DNA of 64,000 bases from the NCBI GenBank assembly GCA_963749495.1, contig CAVVMW010000007.1:170570-234569 (forward strand). The letters are read 5' to 3'. Below are positions 22,498 through 31,163 of this stretch, in pieces; the first letter of the stretch is position 1; each line of letters opens with the position of its first letter. The position numbers and the translations under genes are program-made. The notes beneath the pieces were generated by a model. That model ran no database searches and had not been told where the DNA came from. It saw only the letters and a list, made by a program, of their open reading frames with translations. The stretch is from an uncultured bacterium. Lineage in GTDB: Bacteria > Verrucomicrobiota > Verrucomicrobiia > Limisphaerales > UBA8199.

Positions 22498-22626
22498 CGT
22501 TTCACGTTTCACGTTTCACGGTTCAGGGTTCAGGGTTCAGGGTTCAGCGTTCACGTTTCACGTTTCACGTTTCACGGCCCTCCCCCCGCCCCTCGACATT
22601 CGCCCCTCGACACTCGCCCCTCGCCC
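22498..22626. repeat. Compound heptamer microsatellite (TTTCACG)n(GGTTCAG)n(TTTCACG)n then CCCTCGM-type units
   Basis: Directly visible. Confidence 0.9.
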
Positions 22627-22652
22627 CGGCTATCATCGGCGCGTACCGATCG

Positions 22653-24662
22653 GTGATCATGAACCCTTTTGTGGTCTCTCAAACGGACTCAAGGCCTTCG
22701 GTTCGGGGCTGGCTCTGGGCGCGGCCGGGCGCCATCGTGTTCACCCTCTCCCTGGCCGTGGGCCTGGCCGCCGTGGGGTGGCACGCAGCGGCGCGCGCGA
22801 GGGGGGCGCGCGAATTTGCCCGCCTCCAAACCCAGGCGCGAGGCGCGTCCCTGCAATTGCGGCTCCGCCATGCCGTGTCGGCGGTGCAGGCCCTGGGCGC
22901 CCTGGCCCGCCAGAGCGGCGGGTCCATTCCCAATTTCCAGGGACTCGGGTCGGACTTGCTCGCCTCGTGGCCGGACCTGGCCACGCTGGAACTGCAGCCC
23001 GGCGGCGTGGTCAATGACATCGTGCCGCGCGCCGGCTATGAGCGGGCCCTGGGGTTCAACGTCCTAAAAGACCCGGTGCAGGGGCCCGGCGCCCTGGCCT
23101 CGATCCAAAGGCGCACGCTCACCGTCTCCGGTCCGCTCCGGCTCTATCGGGCAGAGCAGGGGTTGGTGGTGCGGGCGCCGGTGTTTCAGCGGGCGCGCGA
23201 TGGACGCGAACGCTTCTGGGGTTTTGTGGCCGCGTTGATGCGCCTGACCGAGCCGCTGGCCGGCGCGCGGCTCGACGAACTCCAGGAGGCGGTCCAGAAG
23301 GAACTCGGCGCGGGGTCCGCCAGACCCGGCCCCGCCGCCGCCCCCCTCGGGGCCTGGATCGACAAGGCGCGGGTCGGGGTCGAGTGCTTTGGCGTGCTGC
23401 TGGCGGCCGGCCTGCTTTGGCTTGTGGCGCGCTTGATCCAGAGCGGGCACTCGCTGGAGGGTGCCCTGGCTGAGGCCAACCGGAACCTGGCAGGCGCGGC
23501 AGCGGAGCGCAAACAGGCGCAGGAGGAGTGGCGCGCCTCAAAGCAAAGCGCCGCCGCGGCGCAGAACCAGCTCAAAGAGGCCCGGGCTGCCCTTCTATTG
23601 GCCGAGTCCAAAGGCGCCCAAACGCAGGCGCGCCTGGAGGCGGCCGAGCAGGCCAACCGCCAGGCCTGCGGGGCCCTCCAGGCCAGGCTCGAGCAAGCCG
23701 AGGCCCACGCCAATGAACTGCGCGACCGGCTCGACGACGCCGTCCGCGCAGCCGGCGAAGCAGCACGCGTGGCTCAGGCAGAGCTGGGAGAGATGCGCGC
23801 CGCGCTCGAGCAGGCCCGGCAAACCGTCGTCGAACTCCAGTCCCGGCTCGATGCCTCGATCCGCGCCGAAAACGTCGCCGCCGCCCAGGCCGCGCTTGCA
23901 GGGGCCGCCGCGCAAGGCGCGGAGCAGACCACGTCCCAAGGCGGCGCAACCGCGCTCCCTGCAGTTGTTGCCGAGACTCAAGCGCCGCCCGCCGTGCCGG
24001 TCCTGGCCGAGACCCAGCCCGCTCCCGCTCCCGTTCCAGTGGCGGTTGCGGACAGCCCGTTGCCTGCCGGGGAGGCGGTGCGGCCTGACACCGCCTGCGA
24101 AGTGGGCCCGCCCTCGGTCGCAGCAGCCCTGAACGGGGCTGACGCCCAGGATGGGTCCGCCGCTGAGCCGCCTGCGCAAGTGCCGGCGCAAATGCCGGCG
24201 CCGGAGAAACCCAGGGCCGTTGCACCCCTCAGGCGCAAGAAGGCCCGGCGCCACACCACCCCGGACCTGTTCGGGGCGCAGTCTGAGACAGAGCAAACCC
24301 CGGCCGCCCCGCCGGAGAATGGGCCGGAAGCAGACCGGGCGGAGGTGAAGGCCGCCGAACGCGCCTCGCCCGAGGGCGAGGCCGAGGAGCCGAACGCGCC
24401 AGCGGACACCGGGCGCGCCCGCCCCCTCAAGTCAGCGGTCGATCCGGCGCAACTGCGCAAGGCAGTGGGCCAAATCCTGCCCCTGCTCGCCGGCCAGGAC
24501 CCGGGCGCCCGGGATTGCCTCAAAGACAACCGCGCCCTCTTCCAGGCCGCCTTCACGCCCGAGGGCTATGCCGAGTTCGAGCAGTCGGTGAAGAAACGCG
24601 ACTTCGCCGCCGCCCAGGAGCACCTCAAGAAGGCCGCCAAGAGGCACGGCCTGGCGCTGTAG
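22653..24662 (+). CDS. Membrane protein with CHASE-like sensor domain, coiled coil and Pro/Ala-rich linker
   Basis: TM helix; LQPGGVV..IVP..G.E.ALGFNVL, SGPLRLY, PVF, FWGFV; second TM; Ala/Glu/Gln-rich heptads. Confidence 0.75.
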   Translation: MIMNPFVVSQTDSRPSVRGWLWARPGAIVFTLSLAVGLAAVGWHAAARARGAREFARLQTQARGASLQLRLRHAVSAVQALGALARQSGGSIPNFQGLGSDLLASWPDLATLELQPGGVVNDIVPRAGYERALGFNVLKDPVQGPGALASIQRRTLTVSGPLRLYRAEQGLVVRAPVFQRARDGRERFWGFVAALMRLTEPLAGARLDELQEAVQKELGAGSARPGPAAAPLGAWIDKARVGVECFGVLLAAGLLWLVARLIQSGHSLEGALAEANRNLAGAAAERKQAQEEWRASKQSAAAAQNQLKEARAALLLAESKGAQTQARLEAAEQANRQACGALQARLEQAEAHANELRDRLDDAVRAAGEAARVAQAELGEMRAALEQARQTVVELQSRLDASIRAENVAAAQAALAGAAAQGAEQTTSQGGATALPAVVAETQAPPAVPVLAETQPAPAPVPVAVADSPLPAGEAVRPDTACEVGPPSVAAALNGADAQDGSAAEPPAQVPAQMPAPEKPRAVAPLRRKKARRHTTPDLFGAQSETEQTPAAPPENGPEADRAEVKAAERASPEGEAEEPNAPADTGRARPLKSAVDPAQLRKAVGQILPLLAGQDPGARDCLKDNRALFQAAFTPEGYAEFEQSVKKRDFAAAQEHLKKAAKRHGLAL

Positions 24663-24847
24663 CGCGGCGCTTACTTCTTTGCCGCCGCCATTTTCGCGCA
24701 CGCGGATTCCATCCGCCGGCTGAGCTCTTCCGGCGGCACGTCCTCCTGGTGCGTGTTGCTGCTCCTCGTCTGGTGATTTTACGCCCCGGAAACTCGCACC
24801 GAGCGCGGCGCTTTGCAAACGAAAATCTTCCTGTCATATTGGCGCGC

Positions 24848-25930
24848 ATGCGTGAACGAATTGGCATACTGACAGGCGGGGGCGATTGTCCCGGGCTCAA
24901 TGCCGTGATCCGGGCGGTAGTCAAGACGGCCAGCAAGCGTGGCTGGGAGACAATCGGCTTCTTCGGGGGCTACGAGGGTTTGCTGGAGCCGCTGCGCTGC
25001 CGGCCCTTGGATTACAAGGAAATGGATGCGCTGCTCTTCGTGGGCGGCACGATCCTGGGCACCTCCAACAAAGGCCGGTTTGCCGCCAAGACCGGCCATG
25101 GCGAGGCCAACCGGATTCCGCGCGAGATCCTGGATGAGGCCAAGGCCACGTTCCAGAAGCTGGGATTGCGCGCCCTGGTCTGCGTTGGCGGCGACGGCTC
25201 CCTGAGCATCGCCCAGCAACTCTTCGAGCACGGGATGCCGATTGTCGGCGTGCCCAAGACCATCGACAACGACCTGGAAGGCACGGTGGTGACCTTCGGA
25301 TTCGACTCGGCCGTGGCGTGCGCGACCGACGCTCTGGATCGCCTGCGCACCACGGCCCAGAGCCACGACCGGGTGATGGTGCTGGAGGTCATGGGCCGCT
25401 ACGCAGGGTGGATTGCCGTACACGCGGGCGTCTCCGGCGGCGGGGATGTCATCCTGATTCCCGAGATCCCGTTTCGTTATGAGGGCATCTGCGAAAAGAT
25501 CGCGGAGCGCGAGCGCGAGGGCAAGCACTTCACGCTGGTGGTGGCCGCCGAAGGCGCCTGCACCAAGGGCCTGGGCTATGTCACTCTGGGCGCCGCGGAG
25601 CAGAACCGCGAGGCCAGGCTCGGGGGCATCGGGGCCGTTGTGGCGGCTGAAATCCAAAGGCGGACCGGCAAAGAGACCCGGGTCTGCGTGCTGGGGCATC
25701 TCCAGCGCGGCGGCGCGCCAACCTCGTTCGACCGTGTCCTGTGTACCCGCTTCGGGGCCCACGCGGTCCAACTCATCGCCGAGGGCCAATACGGCTCGAT
25801 GACCGCCCTCCATCCCCCGGACACCGTTGCGGTGAAAATCTCGGAGGCCATCGGCCGGCTCCGCACCGTGCCGCCCCAGGGCAGTATCGTCCACACCGCC
25901 CGCGCCCTCGGGATCAGCTTCGGGGACTAA
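24848..25930 (+). CDS. pfkA: 6-phosphofructokinase (GGDG type, likely ATP-dependent)
   Basis: ILTGGGDCPGLNAVIR, GGTILGT, GGDGS, PKTIDND, EVMGRYAGW, LGHLQRGG. Confidence 0.95.
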   Translation: MRERIGILTGGGDCPGLNAVIRAVVKTASKRGWETIGFFGGYEGLLEPLRCRPLDYKEMDALLFVGGTILGTSNKGRFAAKTGHGEANRIPREILDEAKATFQKLGLRALVCVGGDGSLSIAQQLFEHGMPIVGVPKTIDNDLEGTVVTFGFDSAVACATDALDRLRTTAQSHDRVMVLEVMGRYAGWIAVHAGVSGGGDVILIPEIPFRYEGICEKIAEREREGKHFTLVVAAEGACTKGLGYVTLGAAEQNREARLGGIGAVVAAEIQRRTGKETRVCVLGHLQRGGAPTSFDRVLCTRFGAHAVQLIAEGQYGSMTALHPPDTVAVKISEAIGRLRTVPPQGSIVHTARALGISFGD

Positions 25931-25965
25931 CGTCCGCTCTGGGCGCAGGACAGAATTCTTCGCTG

Positions 25966-26013
25966 CCGCCTGAAGGCGGCGTTCCACAGCCAACCGGAAC
26001 GCCGCCTTCAGGC
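25966..26013. repeat. REP-like inverted repeat CCGCCTGAAGGCGGCGTTCC...GGAACGCCGCCTTCAGGCGG
   Basis: Perfect 20-bp arms downstream of pfkA; may also act as a terminator. Confidence 0.8.
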
Positions 26014-26078
26014 GGCAGGATCGGCGCTCGAAGGCGTGCGCCCGTCCGCCCTCCGGCGGCTCGTTTTTGGGTAGTGTC

Positions 26079-26684
26079 CTAATTTGCGCCGGAGCGCCTG
26101 GAGAGAACGCCAAAGAACGCGACGAATCCCAAGATGCCTGCGCCAAAGAACCAAGCCGAAGACAGGGCTGCCCCAATCAGAGCCAGAGCCAAAAACACAA
26201 GCGCAATCGCAGTCCCCGCCAGAAATGGCGCAATGGCGATTGCCGCACGCCTCAAGTGGGGTTTCCAACTGCGCTTCGCGCCCTCTTTCGGCGGCTGCTC
26301 GTTTTCAGGCACGACTGTCGTTAGCGCTTTCCGTCCCCTGGCGCCCAGCAGCCACACCAGCAACCCTGTCGCGCCTACAACGGCCCCGGCGCCAACCCAC
26401 GCAATCGGACTGCTGAGCAAGTCTGAAATCCGCAAATCGCCCGGTTCCCCGCTGCCCGATTGCCATCCCGAGTCCGTTAGATACCCGGCGGCGCCGGTGA
26501 ATCGGTTCACGCGGAGGTTGCGGCTACCCTGCTTGTATTCACGCCATGGAGTGGGCCAGATGAAGGCGAGCCAGAGGAAAGCGAAGACAACGGCGGCGGT
26601 CAGGGCGAGATCCCTTCTGCTGAACTTGCGGGCCATTCCGAGATTCAACGGCTGCCAAGTCGGCGCGTCAACTGGAAATTGCAT
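26079..26684 (-). CDS. Multi-pass membrane hypothetical protein (transposon cargo)
   Basis: About four hydrophobic helices; WPTPWREY...RVNRFTG loop; stop codon lies inside the left TIR. Confidence 0.65.
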   Translation of the reverse strand: MQFPVDAPTWQPLNLGMARKFSRRDLALTAAVVFAFLWLAFIWPTPWREYKQGSRNLRVNRFTGAAGYLTDSGWQSGSGEPGDLRISDLLSSPIAWVGAGAVVGATGLLVWLLGARGRKALTTVVPENEQPPKEGAKRSWKPHLRRAAIAIAPFLAGTAIALVFLALALIGAALSSAWFFGAGILGFVAFFGVLSRRSGAN

Positions 26685-26717
26685 TGCCCGCAGGGGGCCA
26701 ATCGCGTATCTTGGTCG

Positions 26718-26785
26718 TGGGGGTGCTCGGAGTTGAACCGAGTGCCGGTTGGATGTAGAGCCGCCAGCACCGACCTGGCACCCCC
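26718..26785 (-). ncRNA. 68-nt tRNA-like element (acceptor stem, T-arm, D-like arm; aberrant anticodon arm)
   Basis: Minus strand: GGGGGTG / CCAG-GTCGGTG-CTGG / CGGCTCTACATCCAACCGGCA / CTCGG-TTCAACT-CCGAG / CACCCCC-A. Confidence 0.6.
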
Positions 26786-26792
26786 GCCCACT

Positions 26793-27800
26793 TCATTTGC
26801 CCCTCAACTCAATCTCGAATCCAAGCTCTGTTGTTTCAATGATGGGGTAATACTTGTCCAGCTTCCCCATAAATTCATCCCAGGTTGTGCTCTCCGCCAT
26901 GAGAATCTTGGCCCCCTCCAAGTGCGCCAGCAGCTTCGGGTGGCCGATGTCACCAGACAACCATTGAAAGTGCTTATGCTTCCGCCTGCCCTCAATCACG
27001 GGGTTTTTATCGCGCAACTCCTTGAGCACCCCAGGGGCGAGCCTTCGGTAAACGATGTTGTTCGTGTAATGCCCAATGACCTGGGGGCGCTTCATGTTTT
27101 CAGGATCGAAGGGCCAACCATGGAGCCGGAAAATCTCACGGTAAAATTCAAGCGGGAAAGTGCTTGCCCAGGCGCGAAGCTCTTTGGCGATGAACTGTTC
27201 GAGAATCTCAGCGAGCGCCCGCCTAGCGCGGGCATCTTGATACCCGGTCGCCTCATCCACAAGGGCAATAATCCCGACATGCGCCAGCGCCCGCATAAGG
27301 ATCTTCGCCTTCTGCGCAATCTGCTTCTGCCGCTTTCCAAGCTTGCCCTGCTCCTCTGCATCCATCCACACCTCGCAAATCTTCGGGATGATTTCCGCCT
27401 TAATCCCGTGCGCCACGTTGCCGCTTTTGGTTCGATATTTGACCGTTATGGACTGCAGATCTCCTAAGTGCTTGTCAATAAATGGCTTGAGGGCCTCAAA
27501 TGACAAAAAATGCGGCAGATCTGCAGGTTGGTCCAAAGGCCTGTTTTTGGCCACCCAACCGCTGTAGTACATCCCCATGCCCGCCATGAAATCACTTTGG
27601 GTAAGTATGCGCGTTCTGTCCGACAGAACGGAGCAAGGGAAGGACATGTCCCCGATGGGGAGAATCCCGTTATGTTCAGCCTGCTCCAAGTCCCATCTGG
27701 CCTTTGAGGCTTTTTGGGCTATGGATTTTCGCTGGTCTTCTGTCAGGGCCTCGGCGCGAGCCTTGCCCCCCATTGATTGGATCGAATCATCTGTAAGCAT
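26793..27800 (-). CDS. P63C domain-containing protein with N-terminal GGKARA...ARW motif
   Basis: ALAHVGIIALVDEATGYQ, FIAKELRAWASTFPLEFY, YTNNIVYRRLAPGVL, KHFQWLS.DIGHPKL. Confidence 0.9.
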   Translation of the reverse strand: MLTDDSIQSMGGKARAEALTEDQRKSIAQKASKARWDLEQAEHNGILPIGDMSFPCSVLSDRTRILTQSDFMAGMGMYYSGWVAKNRPLDQPADLPHFLSFEALKPFIDKHLGDLQSITVKYRTKSGNVAHGIKAEIIPKICEVWMDAEEQGKLGKRQKQIAQKAKILMRALAHVGIIALVDEATGYQDARARRALAEILEQFIAKELRAWASTFPLEFYREIFRLHGWPFDPENMKRPQVIGHYTNNIVYRRLAPGVLKELRDKNPVIEGRRKHKHFQWLSGDIGHPKLLAHLEGAKILMAESTTWDEFMGKLDKYYPIIETTELGFEIELRGK

Positions 27801-27892
27801 GTCCAAAGAATAGCAGATTCTAGCTTGCTTGCAAGCATTATTTTCATTCTTGTTGACATGCTTGCTTGACTGTGGTTTACTTTGGGGCAGAT

Positions 27893-28729
27893 ATGGCAAA
27901 CACCCTTTCAAAAGACCGGAAAATCCAAGTGATTTCAGCCCACTGTGAAGATTGCAGCATCCGGGGAATTGAGCGGATGACGGGCATTCACCGGGACACA
28001 ATCATGCGCCTGGGCGTCCGGGTTGGCGGGGGCTGTTTTGAGATTCTTGACTACAAGATGCGAAACCTGCCCTGCACGGATGTTCAGATCGACGAGGTTT
28101 GGGGCTTCATCGGCAAGAAAAACAAACGCGCCACCCCAGAGGAGCGCAACACCGGCGCGGGCGACGTGTGGACGTTCATTGCCCTGGACCGTGAAACCAA
28201 GCTGGTCCCCTCGTTCGTTGTCGGCAAGCGGGAAGCCTATTACGCCAACATGTTTCTTGAGGATCTGGCGAGCCGTCTAACCATGAGGCCGCAAATCTCG
28301 TCCGATGCCCTCGCGGCCTATGACGAGGCCGTCGAGCGCGGGTTCGGCTCCGAAGTGGATTACGCCCAGATCGTAAAGTCGTTTACCGTCGTCAACCTCA
28401 ATCAGGATGCAGCGGGTAGGTATTCCCCCGCTGAAATGTGCGCCGTGTCCAAAAGCCTCAAAGTCGGCAACCCGCAGATCGACCGGATTTGCACGTTGCA
28501 TGTCGAGAAGCAGAACCACACGGTCAGGATGCACGTCCGGCGCCTTACCCGGCTGACAAACGCCTTCTCCAAGAAGCTGGAGAATTTCAAGGCTGCACTC
28601 GCCCTTCCCTTCGCCTACTACAACGTGTGCGAGATTCACCTTGCCCTGCGGACAACTCCGGCGCAGGCTGCGGGCGTGGAGCAGAGCATTTGGACCGTTG
28701 GCGACCTGGTTGAAGCCTGTGGCGAATAG
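27893..28729 (+). CDS. IS1-family DDE transposase
   Basis: HTH SIRGIERMTGIHRDTI; QIDEVWGFIGKK; ISSDA; HVEKQN..RM..RRLTRLTNAFSKK; TPAQAAG. Confidence 0.88.
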   Translation: MANTLSKDRKIQVISAHCEDCSIRGIERMTGIHRDTIMRLGVRVGGGCFEILDYKMRNLPCTDVQIDEVWGFIGKKNKRATPEERNTGAGDVWTFIALDRETKLVPSFVVGKREAYYANMFLEDLASRLTMRPQISSDALAAYDEAVERGFGSEVDYAQIVKSFTVVNLNQDAAGRYSPAEMCAVSKSLKVGNPQIDRICTLHVEKQNHTVRMHVRRLTRLTNAFSKKLENFKAALALPFAYYNVCEIHLALRTTPAQAAGVEQSIWTVGDLVEACGE

Positions 28730-29030
28730 ACGCGAATACCTGGACCGGCTGCAAGTCGCAATTCAGCACTTGCACAACTGCGGGGCCGTGTGGCGCGAGT
28801 CCGTGCCCGTGCATGAAGTCTTTCGCGGCAAGACCGTCTGGAGGGGCGACGTGGAAGTCTTCGACATCACCGGACACCCTAAAGCCGTGCACTGTTACGC
28901 CTGGAGCCACCCTGACGGTCCGGGGAACCGGAACGAGAGGTTTGTAGCGGCCCTGGCAATCCCGCCTGTCACAGGGCCGCAAGAGGCAGTGAAGGCCGCG
29001 ATTGTCGCAAGAATCAGAGGGAAGGGATAG
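28719..29030 (+). CDS. Hypothetical protein overlapping the transposase 3' end
   Basis: Globular-looking 103 aa: VPVHEVFRGKTVWRGDVEVFDITGHPKA..CYAW. Confidence 0.7.
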   Translation: MANRREYLDRLQVAIQHLHNCGAVWRESVPVHEVFRGKTVWRGDVEVFDITGHPKAVHCYAWSHPDGPGNRNERFVAALAIPPVTGPQEAVKAAIVARIRGKG

Positions 29031-29149
29031 TACCGGCGCCCAGAGCGCGGTTGCCGAGCAGTTCCGACCGTCAAGGGGCCGATGGCGATTCTGGTTGCCA
29101 TACCCAAGCCCACTCTGTAAATTCTTGCATCGAACCTGTTTTAATCTGT

Positions 29150-29587
29150 GTGACGCCGGCAAAATTACAACCCGAGTTTGACTACAAGACTGACGAACGC
29201 GACTGGAGCGCGGTCAAACTGCTCATGGAGGAGTTGGAGCAGGAACTTGCGGAACGGCGCAGCCATCTGCTTTTCAGAATCTCCGGGTGGTACTTCGGGC
29301 TAAAGGTCTTTAAGCGGGTCGAAAGCGAAAAGCTCGTTCTCAAAAAGCCGCTCGAACGGGACACAAGGTATCACCGGTCCATAGTGGCCTTCCTCCGAGG
29401 CTGCGGTGAAATGCTGCTCGTTGAATGGGCCACCCACCAGGAAATCGCCTCCGAAATCGCGGGCATCAGTTACGCTGATTTCGCCGCATCTGTCGAGGAG
29501 TTGAAATTGGCTGAACGAGAATGGTACGGGGACATGACAGATTCAAGAAGGACGGAAATTCTAAACAATGTCTTTGGATCAACGTGA
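29150..29587 (+). CDS. Hypothetical helical protein (transposon cargo)
   Basis: Lower-GC ORF with protein-like composition; start uncertain. Confidence 0.6.
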   Translation: MTPAKLQPEFDYKTDERDWSAVKLLMEELEQELAERRSHLLFRISGWYFGLKVFKRVESEKLVLKKPLERDTRYHRSIVAFLRGCGEMLLVEWATHQEIASEIAGISYADFAASVEELKLAEREWYGDMTDSRRTEILNNVFGST

Positions 29588-29801
29588 TCTCTTAGCCCGG
29601 ATTCTTGCAGCAAAATACGAGTTTGAGGTTTGCGCGGAACGGGATAAGGCCAGGCTGCTGGGGAATCTCAATTCCCTTTTGGATCAAGCGATAGAAGGCA
29701 CCAATACTTCCCGCTACGAGCTTGTTGAGGCGCTACGGGACCGGATGTCCGAATACCGTTCTGTTCGCCGTCGGCAGGAACGCCCATGGGCATCAATTTG
29801 A
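29568..29801 (+). CDS. Small hypothetical protein overlapping the upstream ORF (transposon cargo)
   Basis: 77 aa, 20-nt overlap. Confidence 0.6.
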   Translation: MSLDQRDLLARILAAKYEFEVCAERDKARLLGNLNSLLDQAIEGTNTSRYELVEALRDRMSEYRSVRRRQERPWASI

Positions 29802-30062
29802 GGCATTCCGGGGGCGTTGACAGTCAGGCCGCGGATGGCCTATAACGGTCTTATGACCGATCCAGCCCAAATTAGGACACTACCCGTTTTTGCTTGAATT
29901 CGCCTGGGGGTTGAGCCAGGATTTGCCTGGCAAGCCCTGCGGGGGCGCAAGCGAGGGGCTGCTGACCGCGCTGGCGCGCGGGCCTGAACGCCGTGAGGGC
30001 ATGCCGGGTGGCATGTCCGCGAGCTGCGTTCGCAGCAACCTCGGAAACTGACGAGTGGCATC

Positions 30063-30367
30063 ATGCAAGAGTGGCAATTAATCATGCGCGAGCTGTTGAG
30101 GAATCCCACGGCCATTCTGATTTTCGCGGTGATCCTCATGGTGTTTTTCGTGGGTTTTTTGATTTTCGACCCCTTCGCGAGCCGCAGACACCGGCATCAC
30201 GGCCACCGCTCTGGCGGGCGGCGGCGGAGCTTGCGCCAGCGAATCGCCCTGCCGTTTGTGCGAATGCGGGAGGTGTGGAAGGCCTTGCACGACTATGCCC
30301 GCAGGCGGGCCCGCCGCCGGGCCGAGCCGAGCGGTTGGCCGAGCAGATGCGGCGTTTCTCAAGGTAG
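30063..30367 (+). CDS. Small single-TM basic protein, probable frameshift near 30325
   Basis: TM AILIFAVILMVFFVGFLIF; ...RRRAERLAEQM continues in another frame. Confidence 0.45.
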
Positions 30368-30514
30368 CCGCGGGCCTGTCCCAGGAGCTTGGCGAACGGA
30401 TGACCTTCTCGAGACCTTTGTCGCAATCCCGCTCAGCGGGATCGGAACCTTTGTCGGATTGGCCATTTTCGGCAAAGGAGGGGAGCCGGAGCTGTTGCCG
30501 CAGGCCCGGGCCGC

Positions 30515-30997
30515 TCAACGGACACTGGTTTCCGGCTGGGCCGCTTTGGGGGGGGCGGGCGCGGTGGGCGCGCGATTGAGTTCGGTCCAATAGCACTCGA
30601 ATCGCTGAATGAGATGAACCATGTGCTCGAATTCGACCGGCTTGACCAGGTACGAGTTGGCGCCCAGTTCGTAGGCGCGGTCAATGTCGGCTTGCAGGTC
30701 CGACGAGGTGAAGACCACAATGAGGAGGCGCTTGAGGTCCGGTTCGGCCCGGGCCCATTGCAGGACCTCGAACCCGTCGGTTCCGGGCATTTTGAGGTCG
30801 AGCAAGACCAGGAAGGGGAGGGGGAACTCCTTGCGGTTGGCGAAGCGGCCCTGGCCGCTGAGATAGAGGATGGCCTCCTGCCCGTCCCGCGCGACCCTGA
30901 GCCTGTCGCCCAGGCCCGCTTTCTGGAAAGCGCGCTCAATCAGCAACACGTCGTTCGCATCATCCTCGACGAGCAAAATAGTCGGTTCGTTTGGCAT
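30515..30997 (-). CDS. Single-domain response regulator (CheY-like, Rcp1 type)
   Basis: ILLVEDD, LVLLDLKMP, FTSS, AYELGANSYLVKP. Confidence 0.92.
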   Translation of the reverse strand: MPNEPTILLVEDDANDVLLIERAFQKAGLGDRLRVARDGQEAILYLSGQGRFANRKEFPLPFLVLLDLKMPGTDGFEVLQWARAEPDLKRLLIVVFTSSDLQADIDRAYELGANSYLVKPVEFEHMVHLIQRFECYWTELNRAPTAPAPPKAAQPETSVR

Positions 30998-31163
30998 GGC
31001 CTGCTTCGGTTCAACTGCCTGGTTGCACGCCTGCTTGACAGAATACCCTTTCGCACCGACTTGGCAACTGGGGACCTGCGGTGCGGGAAATGCCCCATTT
31101 CCTTCATTGACCGCCGCGCCATAGTGCCACGTAATGCGGCCGGTTTCAAGCGTCTATTCCGTT

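Larger units (their letters stand above)
26070..29884. mobile_element. IS1-family-like transposon with passenger genes (3815 bp)
   Basis: TIRs GGTAGTGTCCTAATTTG (17/17; 22/24 extended) at 26070 and 29884; 8-bp target duplication CGTTTTTG at 26062-26069 and 29885-29892; internal DDE transposase. Confidence 0.92.

Noticed and set aside
26718..26785. Calling the tRNA-like element a functional tRNA-Pyl or amber suppressor
   Set aside because: CTCTA is present, but the anticodon stem has only about 2 pairs, position 37 is C, the T-loop is canonical (unlike tRNA-Pyl), and no pyl genes are in the window.
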